From: Anaeramoeba ignava BMAN
Taxonomy: Eukaryota > Protista > Anaeramoebae
Assembly (NCBI GenBank): GCA_028826165.1
Contig: JAPDFW010000069.1
Location: forward strand, 385,312-449,311
Direction: 5' to 3'
Length of the DNA stretch: 64,000 nt
Under the pieces are notes generated by a model that saw only the letters and a list, made by a program, of their open reading frames with translations, made no database searches and was not told the DNA's origin. Below are positions 27,701-37,390 of the stretch, in pieces. Each line of letters starts with the position of its first letter. The stretch's first letter is position 1. A program made the position numbers and the translations under genes.

Positions 27701-30077
27701 ATTAATGTATTTATTTTTAAAATATTGTCAATATAATTATTATTTTTCTCATTTAAAAATATTTCATTTTCTTAATTTACCCACTTAAATAAACAAAAAA
27801 TCATTTTTGTACATTTAATTCACACAATAATAAATAAATTTGAATTTTGATTTGTTTATTTACCAACTAATATAAAATTAATTTTTACAATACAAATTTA
27901 ATCCAAAAAAAAATAGGGAATAATAATTTTAATTTTGATTTAGATTTTGGATTTAATTTTAATTTTAATTTTAATTTTAATTTTAATTTAATTTTGATTT
28001 TGAATTTTAATTTTAATTTTAATTTTAATTTTAATTTTAATTTTAATTTTGATTTTAATTTTAATTTTGATTTTGATTTTAATTTTGATTTTGATTTTAA
28101 TTTTGATTTTAATTTTGATTTTAATTTTAATTTTAATTTTAATTTTAATTTTGATTTTAATTTTAATTTTAATTTTGATTTTAATTTTGAATTAGATTTT
28201 GATTTAGATTTTAATTTTGATTTTGATTTTGATTTTGATTTTAATTTTAATTTTAATTTTAAGATTTTAAGAATTTTAATTTTAATTTTAATTTTAATTT
28301 TAATTTTAATTTTAATTTTAATTTTAATTTTAATTTTAATTTTGATTTTGATTTTGATTTTCAATTTTAAACAATTTTGATTTTTTTTGTTATTTTTTTT
28401 AATCAATTTTGAGATTTTGATTTTAATTCATAAAAAGAATTTTTAACAATTTTGATTTTATAAATGAAAATTTTATCCAAAATAAATAATTTTTAATCAA
28501 AATTTTAAGAAAAAGAAAAATTTTATTTTAATTTTAAATAAAATCAAATTTAAAAAGAAATAATTTAGGAATCATTTTTATTTTTTCTTCAAAGAGATTT
28601 TTACATTTTTCAAACCAGAAATTTCATTTTAATTAAAAAGGTTTAATCTTTTCTGATTTTTTTTAATTTTATTTAACATTTTAAATTTTGGGATTTTGTT
28701 TTTTTTAAAAATAAAGAATAAAAACAAAAATAATTTCCTTTTTTTATAAATTGACATTCAAGAGAAAACATGGAAAATTTTTAATCAAATTTTTATTTCC
28801 TAATTTTCCATTTTTTTAAATTTTAATCAAAACAAAAATAAAAATAAATCAAAATTAAAAAAGAAAAATTATTTACACCCTAAATAAAATCAAAAATATC
28901 TAAATAATTGGGGAATCATTTTATATTTTTCTTCAAAGAGATTTACATTTTCGAACTGAAATTTCATTTTTCTAAAAAGGTTTAATCTTTCTGGATTTTT
29001 GAAATTAAATTAAATTTGAAATAAATTAAAAATTAAATTAAAATTAAAAATGTTTCCTTTTATAAATTTCACAAGAAAACATGGAAAATTAAAATCAATT
29101 TAAACCTGAAATAATTTGAAATTTTAAATTTTAAATCAAATTGAAAATCAACAGAATTAAAAAAAATACAATTGAAATTTGTAAAGAATCAGCTCCCTTA
29201 TCTATTAATAATTGGGGAATTTGAAAACTTTCGGAACAATGTTGAACTGCATAAAAAAGTGGAGATTCATTCTTAAAATTTGAAATGAATTGAATTGAAA
29301 TAAATTAAAATTGAAATAAATTAAAATTTGAAATGAAATAAATTGAAATAAATTAAAATTGGAATTGAATTGAAATTTGAAATTGGATTAAATTGAAATA
29401 AATTAAAATTTGAAATTGAATTGAAATTTGAAATTGGATTGAAATTGAAATAAATTAAAAATACTCTCTATCAAAAAAGAAAAATAAGTTTTCAATTTAA
29501 ATTCAATAAATTAAGGAAGGGTTTATTTTTATAGAAATTGATTTACATTCTAAAAATATAATGAAATCATAAATATTTTTCTTTTTGAAATTAATTTTTG
29601 ATTTTACATTTGAAATTTTTGGATCTGCTCCTCTTTCTAATAATAAACGAACAACTTCAAGTTTTTCATCATAACGGCAAGCATAAAATAAAGCAGTAGA
29701 ATTTGAAGTCTTTTGTTTTTGTTTTTGTTTTTATTTTTATTTTTATTTTTATTGAATTAAAAATCTAAAAATAAAAAATGATATTTTTTTACATCAACTT
29801 CATTCACATCAACTCCAGAATCAAGAATAGCTTTAATTACTTGTAAAGATTGATTAGAAGAAACAGCATACATTAATACTGGTATTTCATACTTAAAAAA
29901 AAAGAAAAGAAAAAAAAGAAAAAGAAAAAAAGAAATTAAAATCAATTTGCTTTTTTTTTGTTGTTTTAAAATTTTATTTACAATTTTTATTTTTGCAAGA
30001 GAAGGTTTTCTTCTTAATAAATCAAGAATTTGTTTTTCCTTTCTTTCATTAAGATATTTTATGAATTGTTTAGACAT
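24743..30077 (-). CDS. Multi-exon ankyrin-repeat + tandem BTB protein with codon-sized micro-exons
   Basis: Main exons, each a multiple of 3 except the frameshifted last one: 29982-30077, 29793-29891, 29608-29709, 29170-29271, 27602-27697, 27287-27382, 26848-26970, 26680-26778, 26508-26597, 26270-26362, 26016-26114, 25759-25854, 25548-25655, 24743-25481. Each carries about one ankyrin repeat and is bounded by AG/GT. The last exon has BTB blocks (AHKFILEFR; VHKWVLIARCGLFRGMF) with a 1-nt homopolymer frameshift near 25025. Confidence 0.88.
25924..27042 (-). other. Single micro-exons: CGA (27040-27042), GAA (26438-26440), AAAAAA (26197-26202), AATGAA (25924-25929)
   Basis: Each is flanked by YAG and GTAAA. 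They give DK-R-GTSLL, LLD-E-QGNTA, AKN-KK-GNNVL and EHN-NE-ELTPL. Confidence 0.8.
27449..27529 (-). other. Two 3-nt micro-exons: GAT (27527-27529) and CAA (27449-27451)
   Basis: GATAG|GAT|GTTAGT and AAAAG|CAA|GTAAAA, with flanking introns of 72, 75 and 66 nt; they give PINQLN-D-Q-NETPL. Confidence 0.8.
27781..28955 (-). other. Cluster of candidate micro-exons: GGT (28877-28879), TTG (27864-27866), TGG (27781-27783), and possibly 9-nt TTCGAAAAT (28947-28955)
   Basis: TTTAG|GGT|GTAAAT, ATTAG|TTG|GTAAAT, TTAAG|TGG|GTAAAT and TTTCAG|TTCGAAAAT|GTAAAT. Confidence 0.68.
27940..28370. repeat. (ATTTTA/ATTTTG)n microsatellite inside an intron of the ankyrin-BTB gene
   Basis: Seen directly in the sequence. 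Confidence 0.9.
29465..29549 (-). other. Two 3-nt micro-exons: AAT (29547-29549) and AGA (29465-29467)
   Basis: TTTTAG|AAT|GTAAAT and GATAG|AGA|GTATTT; together they give GADPKISN-N-R-NESPL. Confidence 0.8.
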
Positions 30078-30210
30078 AAAAATAAAAATAAAATAAAAAT
30101 AAAAAATAAGAAAATGAATGAGAAAAAAATGAATTTGGGTTTTTATTTTGTTTTTTTTTTTTTGAGTGAGAAAAGAATAACAAAATAAAATGAGAAGAAT
30201 GAATTAAAGT

Positions 30211-32031
30211 TTAATTTGAATTGAGATTTTCCATTGCTACTTTATTAACATCACCATTAAATTTGATAAGTAATTCCTTATTCTTTTCAGTATTAGCAAA
30301 ACCCATATCAACAAGTAGCTTTAATTGCTTTTCAAAAGCAAAAGAATTTGGATCATTTGGTTCTGAAATTGGAACTTTTTCAAGATCTTGAAGAGAGGAT
30401 TCAACTTGAATAATAATCCAAATACGATGACCAAAACGAGAACCGTCTTTGCGACAAACGCGATAGTAGCCTGTGTATCTTCCAGGATTTGAGGGTGCTT
30501 TGAACTTCATAAAAATATCAGCAGATTCACTGGGTTTGAGTTGAGGAATTTCAACAATATCATCATTAAGTCTGAAATCATCACCACCAACAAAATCAAG
30601 TGAACAACCTTCTTCCCATTCTGAAGTTCCATCGTTCCTGATGCGCCAACCTTTCTCGAATTCTTGGTTGGGTTCGAATTTATCTTCATCATTAACAAGT
30701 AAGTGTTGAACAAATCGAACGGTTAGTTTGGGAGGTTTTGGGATTTTTGGATTTTTCCGATTTAAGCCTCTTCCTCGAAATTTGTATGAACAATCGTGAC
30801 AAAAACCAGTTGAATTTGAATTTGGAGTTGAATTTGAATTTAAATTTAAATTTAAATTTTGATTGTGGTTTGTGGAGTGTTGTTGTGGAGGAGGCATAAA
30901 TGAGGAGAAAGGTGATTGAGGAGGCATAAAATTAAAGGGTGGATTGACATGAGGAGGAATATAGGATTGTGTTGGATCAAAATTGGGTGTGAAAGGAAAA
31001 CCTTGTCCGAATCCTCCCATTCCCATCATTCCATTTCCTCGACGGTTGTGATGATATGGTGGATGTGGATGTGGATGTGGATGTGGATGTGGATGTGGAT
31101 GTCCGCCTCCAAAAAATGGTGGGAATTTTTTGAAAGAATTTGGAGGAATGTTTTGTATAAAATTATAAGGATTGAATTGCATGTTTGTTGGTATTTGGAA
31201 TTCGGATACAAAATGTTTGGGGAAATTATTTGTTTCTTTTTGTGTTGGGTTGTTTTCTTGTGTTTTTTGTTCTTCTTCTGGTGGGAATGGAATTATTTTT
31301 GTGAAATTTTCGCACAATCCTTTGAGATTTAGTTCGCTAACTGAAGTGATAATTTTGCTCAATGATTTTATTCTTTCTGCGATTTGTTGAGCAACAAATC
31401 CAATTTTCAATTTTGTTTCTTCTTTGATTTCAATAAATTTATCTTGAGCATAAATATCTTGGACAAACTTGACAAAATCTTGAGAACTTTTTTCAGCATT
31501 TTGGAACAAATTGATTAATTCTGCGATTAGTTTAGATTTGACTCTGTAAAACCATTGAACAAGATTATAATCTTGCATTAGATCATAAACAGTATTCCAA
31601 GCTTGTTTCAAGCCGTCAAAAAGACTAAAAGAAGGGATGTTGTTTTGAGTATCAGAAAATTGGTCTTCAGTTTGCTTATTGAAATAATCATTATCATCAT
31701 TATTGCTGTCATTTCCTTTTAGCTTGCTCTGCTTGTCATTCTCTTCATCATCTCTTTGGCTGTCATTTGCTTTAGCTTCAATAAAGATCCGAAGAACATG
31801 ATTATTTGCTTGTTCTAAAAGTTGAATAGCTTCTTTTAATTCCATTGTTGATGTTAATGTAATATAATCCATTTCGTTATCTTGATATTTTACAACATAA
31901 TCATCCATGTTAATTTTGTAAATTTGACAAAGAAGGTTACAAAGATCTTCGAAGGTTGAATTTTTTGTTATTGAAACACGTCGAATATCTTGTTTGAATT
32001 TAGATTTGATTTCAATTTTTTCAGAAGTCAT
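30211..32031 (-). CDS. NBR1: NBR1/p62-like selective autophagy receptor (PB1 - NBR1 FW/Ig-like - UBA)
   Basis: PB1 (IKSKFKQDIRR...KYQDNEMDYITL), FW domain (FEKGWRIRNDGTSEW...APSNPGRYTGYYR...FGHRIWIII) and UBA (LVDMGFANTEKNKELL). The real ATG is at 32031. Confidence 0.85.
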   Translation of the reverse strand: MTSEKIEIKSKFKQDIRRVSITKNSTFEDLCNLLCQIYKINMDDYVVKYQDNEMDYITLTSTMELKEAIQLLEQANNHVLRIFIEAKANDSQRDDEENDKQSKLKGNDSNNDDNDYFNKQTEDQFSDTQNNIPSFSLFDGLKQAWNTVYDLMQDYNLVQWFYRVKSKLIAELINLFQNAEKSSQDFVKFVQDIYAQDKFIEIKEETKLKIGFVAQQIAERIKSLSKIITSVSELNLKGLCENFTKIIPFPPEEEQKTQENNPTQKETNNFPKHFVSEFQIPTNMQFNPYNFIQNIPPNSFKKFPPFFGGGHPHPHPHPHPHPHPPYHHNRRGNGMMGMGGFGQGFPFTPNFDPTQSYIPPHVNPPFNFMPPQSPFSSFMPPPQQHSTNHNQNLNLNLNSNSTPNSNSTGFCHDCSYKFRGRGLNRKNPKIPKPPKLTVRFVQHLLVNDEDKFEPNQEFEKGWRIRNDGTSEWEEGCSLDFVGGDDFRLNDDIVEIPQLKPSESADIFMKFKAPSNPGRYTGYYRVCRKDGSRFGHRIWIIIQVESSLQDLEKVPISEPNDPNSFAFEKQLKLLVDMGFANTEKNKELLIKFNGDVNKVAMENLNSN

Positions 32032-32384
32032 TGTTTTTGTGTTTGATTTTTTTTTTTTTAATAAAAAAAAAATTTTATAAAAAATAAAAAATAAAAAGAA
32101 ATAAAAAGAAAAATAAAAAGATAAAGTGAATTGAAATATAAGTAAATTTAAAAAGAAAAAAAGAAAAAAAAAAAAAAGAATCAAATAAAGTATGTAAAAA
32201 AAAAAATAAAATGAAAAAGAAAAAAATGAAAAAATTAAAATGGGAAAAAAAAATTTTTTTTATTTAAATTAATAAGAGTTCTCAATTTTATAATAATTAA
32301 AAAAAAAAAAGGAGAAAAAAAAATAAAATTAAAAATAAAAAGGAGAAAAAATTTTTTTTCATTTTTTTTTTCATTTTTTTCATA

Positions 32385-33071
32385 ATGTCAATTGAAGCTT
32401 TAAATAAAATTAATCAACAAATTGAAGATTTATCAAAAGAATTAAATTTAGATTATAAACCAAATTTAGTTGCAATTTCTAAAACAAAACCAAAAGAATC
32501 AATTTTAATACTTTATGAATCAGGACAAAAACATTTTGGAGAAAATTATGTTCAAGAAATAATTGAAAAGGCAAAAGAATTACCTAAAGATATTAAATGG
32601 CATTTTGTTGGGCATTTACAATCAAACAAAGCAAAATCACTTGTTCAACTTGATAATTTATATGTTATTGAAACTATTGATACAATTAAACTAGCAAAAA
32701 TTCTTAACAAATTATTGGCTCAGCAAAAAAGAACATTGAATATCATGATTCAAGTTGATATTAGTCATGAAGGTACAAAATCTGGTTGTTCTGAAAATGA
32801 TTTACCTGATTTAACTAAATTTATTTTGGAAAAGTGTCCAAATTTAAAGTTAATTGGATTAATGTCTCTTGGAAATCCAAATTCAATTGAAGAATTTGAA
32901 CAAATGAAAAAATTAAAAGCTCAACTTATTGAAAAGTTTGAAATTGATAAGAATCAATTTGATTTAAGTTTTGGTACTTCTCAAGATTTTGAAGAAGCAA
33001 TTAAACATGGATCTAATAGTGTTAGAATTGGAACAACATTATTTGGGCCTCGAGCATGCAAAAAGAAGTGA
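32385..33071 (+). CDS. PLPBP: Pyridoxal phosphate homeostasis protein (YggS/PROSC family)
   Basis: Motifs LVAISKTKP, FGENYVQE, WHFVGHLQSNK and VRIGTTLFG. Confidence 0.95.
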   Translation: MSIEALNKINQQIEDLSKELNLDYKPNLVAISKTKPKESILILYESGQKHFGENYVQEIIEKAKELPKDIKWHFVGHLQSNKAKSLVQLDNLYVIETIDTIKLAKILNKLLAQQKRTLNIMIQVDISHEGTKSGCSENDLPDLTKFILEKCPNLKLIGLMSLGNPNSIEEFEQMKKLKAQLIEKFEIDKNQFDLSFGTSQDFEEAIKHGSNSVRIGTTLFGPRACKKK

Positions 33072-33340
33072 AATTTTAAATTTTAAATTTTGATTTTGAT
33101 TTTGATTTTGATTTTGATTTAAATTTTGATTTTTGATTTTGATTTAAATTTTTAAGTTTAAATTAGTTTTTGATTTAAAATTTGGTTTTAAAATTTGGAT
33201 TTAAAATTTGAAACGTTAATGAAATGATTAAAAAAAAAATAAAAACAAAAGATCCGTTAATTTTTCTTTTTTATTTTTTTTCAATAAATTTTTTTTTTCA
33301 TTTTTTTTCTAATTTCATTTAAATAATTTTTATATATATA

Positions 33341-36300
33341 ATGACAACTGAATTAACAAGAAAATTAATTGATTCAAGTCAAAATAATTTAGATTCTTTC
33401 ATTTCTTTTATGGTTAAATTAAAAACACCTTTAAAAGAAATGATCCAAACTTTAAATAAAAGATCTTCAATGAAAATTTGGGAAAATTTAAATCATTTAT
33501 TCAATAAAATTATTCAAGAAAATTTATACATCTTTGACACAAATATCCAAAATAGAATTCATTATTTAAAAGGATTATTTCATTTAGCGACGCTGATTGA
33601 AAGTTTTCTTGAAGAAAAAAAGCAATTTCTTCCAAATGCTTGTTTTGAAATGATTGTTGGATTGCATGATTCCATATTCTTAATGAGACAAGAAAGAAAA
33701 AATGATCCAATTTCTTATTCAACACCAACAAAAAAACAAGAAAAAAATGAAACAAATGAAAATGAAAATGAAAATGAGAATGAAAATGAAAATGGAAAGG
33801 AGAATACAATGGAAATTGAAATACAAAATGAGGATTTATCAAAAGACCAATTGGATAACTTAATCGAACAAGAAAACTCTAAAATTCTTCTTTTCCAAGA
33901 AAAAGTGGTTCAAATTTGTGAGAAGTATTATCTCCTCGAAAAAGAAGAACGAGAACGAATTGTTCCACAAATGATTTCTTATTTAGTTTTGGTTTCACTT
34001 GATCTCTCAGCAAAACCAGCACATATTAAAAGACTTTATAGCACAAGAAGTTCACTTTTATTACTTGATTTTTCAGATGAAAGCACAACATGGTTGAAAA
34101 ATTTACTTCTTCGCTGTTTCATTTCTCCACTCTTCCTGAAGACAGAGGAAGGCAAAAAGTTTCTGGTTTATCTTTTTGGATTATATCCACCTTTTATTGA
34201 CCAAATACATGCTACAATCAAGAATCAACTTCCCGTATCAAGTTCTGCAATAATTGATATTTTTGGAGAAATTTATTTCAAAGCTTGGAAAATGGCTGTT
34301 TCTTCGTACAGAGTCAGAATCGAGTATTCCTGCATCCAAGATCTTATGAATCATGCGATTCATGCATCAACTCCAAAGATGACAAAGGTTCTTCATCAAC
34401 TTCTTTCCAAAATTCACACACAAAAAAATTTCAGAGGAGTTGATGAAATGCTTCTCCGGTTATACGAACCGATTCTTTTCAGATCTCTTAATGTTTCAAA
34501 TCCATTGGTTAGGAAAAACGCAGCACTACTTTTAATTGATGCGTTTCCTCTCCAAGATCCAGACTCTTTACACGAAGAAATTGATCAGATCCTGCAAATC
34601 CAATTTGATCATCTCACAAACCTTATGACTGATTCATGTGTTCCTGTTCGTTCTGTTGCTGTTCAAGGTGTTTGCCGAATTTTAAGCATATTCTGGGAAC
34701 TTATCCCTTCAGAGATTTCCCAGTCTTTCCTCAACCTAATATTCCATGATCTGATCTATGATAAATCTTCTTCGTCTTTTCGAGTCGCAGTCATAAAAGG
34801 CATTTCTTATTTGCTTGATTCACACTTGGTGCAGACGAGTCTGAAGAAGTTTCTCCCTTCGATCCGTTCTATGATTAATGACAAAGTGGAAAGTGTGCGT
34901 TTGGCATTTATACACTTGCTGATCCAAATCAAGAACTTGAGGTTCATCAAATTCTATGAGGTTGTTCCGTTGAAATTCTTGCTTTATCGGTTAGCAAAAG
35001 ATAATATCTTTGCGAGCCAACAAGGATATCCAAATCAGTTATCTGTAGGTGAATCTATAAAGAAGATCAATTCAAATGCAGACAAGATTGGAGAAAGAAT
35101 CACTTCGTTGCTTTTGAGTACTTATTTTCCCCATGAAACCCATCATGGTTCTGAGCTGATATATCGCTGTTTGCGTTTGATGAAGAAGAATATTGTTGCT
35201 GCCAAAATATTCTTTTATTATCTTACAAGAGTTGCTCCTTTAGATTCAATTTGCAGACTTGTAATCTTGTTCATGAAGATACTCGACAGATGCTATAACA
35301 CCAAAATGATGGGAGCTGAACAAAGTTTCCTTGATGTTCTCAAATCCACAAGAAATTCAACTAAACCAAACCAAGAACAAGAACAAGAACAAGAACAAAA
35401 TGATCAAGAAAAAGAAAAAGAAAAAGAACAAAATGATCAAAAGAAATCAAAGAAACGAAAATCAAAACGCAAAAAGTCGAAAGAAGAACGAAAACGCGAA
35501 ATTGAACCTTCTTATAAAGAATTTGAATTTGAATTTGAACCCCAAATTTTGCACATTGTTTCGATTCTTGTTGAAGGAATCGAACCATCAATATCTGACA
35601 AGAAGAATAAGAAACTAAAAGACTTCTTATCAAACGTGTTCAACAATTCTTTTCTTTCAGATTTCTATGATGCTTTTCCTTCAGCATTGACTCATTCATC
35701 CATTTTGAAAATTGTATCTTTTCATTCAGACTCCTCAGTAATCGATATTTCAATATCAAAAATCAAAGATCTCCCAAACCAAGATTTCTCAAAGCTTCCG
35801 CTATATTATCAAGATGAGGTTTATTACGGTTCTCTTGTGGATTGTCTTGTGAAAAATGGAAAGGAAGTGCTGCTTCTTAATTTGATTCGTGATTGGATCT
35901 TAGAGCCGTTTTCTAGTATGAAAAAAGAAGCTGAAAACGAAAAGAAAGAAAAAACCAAATCCAAAAAGAGAAAATCCAAAGCAAAAAGCCCAGAGCCGAA
36001 TACAAGTGCTGAATGGAAAATGCTTGAACAGAAGGCTTTTGTTGCAATCAAATTGTTGGATTATATGATGAAAACTGAAAGTAACCGAAGAGTTGTTGTA
36101 ACTCATGATGAAATTTCGGACTTGATTATCGTTCTTCAGCAATACCATCTCATTATAAGCTATCGTATTTCTTCTGAGAAAAACCAAAATTTCATTTCAG
36201 ACGATCTTCTTTTAGAATTATTGCAAGTCGAAGGCAAATCACTCATTTCATTATTCACTCAACTCTCACTTGAACCACTTGATCCAACAGAACAATTCGA

Positions 36301-37327
36301 AGATGAAACTCCGCCAATCTTTCTGAATATTGTCGATTGGTTTTTCCAAGGAATTGTTCCAGCTTTACAAAAAATTAAAGTGCAAAAGAATAAAGAACAG
36401 AATTCCGATGATATTGAACCAGAAATGATCAACAAAAATTTTGTGGAAAAAATTTCTGAACTTCTCTTTGTTATCATAACAGAAAGTGTTTCTTTAGGCA
36501 TTTTGGATAGTAAAACTCGAAATGATATTTCTTCTCATTTCATTAATTTGCTTGAAGATGATCAATCAAATTTATTTATTGATTTTTTTCTCTCTCGTTT
36601 ATTAAAGTTATTGTATCAATTAATTTTCAAAGAGATTGATCCACCAAGCAATCAGAATCAAACACAAAAACTGATGTTTTTAATATTTTCACTTATTCAT
36701 TCACAACAAAATGAAAATGAAAACGAAAATGAAAACGAAAATGAAAACAAAAACAAAAACAAAAACAAAAATCAAAATATTAATGCAAATCTGATGGATT
36801 CATTTTTATCGGAAATACTTACACTATTTTTGCAAAGAAACCGATTGAAGTTTATTATGGAAAGTTTTGTTCACTTCATCTTACAAATTGGTGAGAATAA
36901 ATTAAATGAAATGGAAAATCAAGATGTTTTCTTTCAAAGTTTTGATGATTTTTCATTTTCAACTTTTTTGATTATGAAAACAATTTTAAGACGCAAAGAT
37001 TTCACCAAAAATTTATTATTAAGAATAATACTTCCAATTTTGGAAAATGAACAAACAAAACCTGAACAATTATGGGGTCTAATTCAAATTCTTCATTTAA
37101 TTCAACAAAAGGAAAAAAATCAACAAGATGAATTGAAAAAGAAATTTCCCAACAAAGAATTTAAATTATTTAAATTTCCTGATCAAATTCTTAATCAATT
37201 ACAATTAATTCGTGAATATATAAACAATAACAATAATAATGAAAATGAAAATGAAAATGAAAATGAACAAATTAATTTGGAAAATTGTGTTTCTTTAATG
37301 ATTGAATCCTTTTTAGATTCAAATTAA
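33341..37327 (+). CDS. NCAPG2: Condensin II non-SMC subunit G2
   Basis: HEAT-repeat protein with GVDEMLLRLYEPILFRSL...VRKNAALLLIDAFP, IEYSCIQDLMNHAIH and VRLAFIHLL. Confidence 0.88.
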   Translation: MTTELTRKLIDSSQNNLDSFISFMVKLKTPLKEMIQTLNKRSSMKIWENLNHLFNKIIQENLYIFDTNIQNRIHYLKGLFHLATLIESFLEEKKQFLPNACFEMIVGLHDSIFLMRQERKNDPISYSTPTKKQEKNETNENENENENENENGKENTMEIEIQNEDLSKDQLDNLIEQENSKILLFQEKVVQICEKYYLLEKEERERIVPQMISYLVLVSLDLSAKPAHIKRLYSTRSSLLLLDFSDESTTWLKNLLLRCFISPLFLKTEEGKKFLVYLFGLYPPFIDQIHATIKNQLPVSSSAIIDIFGEIYFKAWKMAVSSYRVRIEYSCIQDLMNHAIHASTPKMTKVLHQLLSKIHTQKNFRGVDEMLLRLYEPILFRSLNVSNPLVRKNAALLLIDAFPLQDPDSLHEEIDQILQIQFDHLTNLMTDSCVPVRSVAVQGVCRILSIFWELIPSEISQSFLNLIFHDLIYDKSSSSFRVAVIKGISYLLDSHLVQTSLKKFLPSIRSMINDKVESVRLAFIHLLIQIKNLRFIKFYEVVPLKFLLYRLAKDNIFASQQGYPNQLSVGESIKKINSNADKIGERITSLLLSTYFPHETHHGSELIYRCLRLMKKNIVAAKIFFYYLTRVAPLDSICRLVILFMKILDRCYNTKMMGAEQSFLDVLKSTRNSTKPNQEQEQEQEQNDQEKEKEKEQNDQKKSKKRKSKRKKSKEERKREIEPSYKEFEFEFEPQILHIVSILVEGIEPSISDKKNKKLKDFLSNVFNNSFLSDFYDAFPSALTHSSILKIVSFHSDSSVIDISISKIKDLPNQDFSKLPLYYQDEVYYGSLVDCLVKNGKEVLLLNLIRDWILEPFSSMKKEAENEKKEKTKSKKRKSKAKSPEPNTSAEWKMLEQKAFVAIKLLDYMMKTESNRRVVVTHDEISDLIIVLQQYHLIISYRISSEKNQNFISDDLLLELLQVEGKSLISLFTQLSLEPLDPTEQFEDETPPIFLNIVDWFFQGIVPALQKIKVQKNKEQNSDDIEPEMINKNFVEKISELLFVIITESVSLGILDSKTRNDISSHFINLLEDDQSNLFIDFFLSRLLKLLYQLIFKEIDPPSNQNQTQKLMFLIFSLIHSQQNENENENENENENKNKNKNKNQNINANLMDSFLSEILTLFLQRNRLKFIMESFVHFILQIGENKLNEMENQDVFFQSFDDFSFSTFLIMKTILRRKDFTKNLLLRIILPILENEQTKPEQLWGLIQILHLIQQKEKNQQDELKKKFPNKEFKLFKFPDQILNQLQLIREYINNNNNNENENENENEQINLENCVSLMIESFLDSN

Positions 37328-37390
37328 AATTAAAAAAAATTTTTTTATTTTTATTTTTGATTAATTTCATTTTTTTATTTTCCAAAAAAA

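Noticed and set aside
29892-29981. Extra micro-exon in intron 1 of the ankyrin gene (AAAG/GCAAAT), and similarly within 25656-25758
   Set aside because: There is no separate AG...GT pair; the dinucleotides overlap or the donor is missing.
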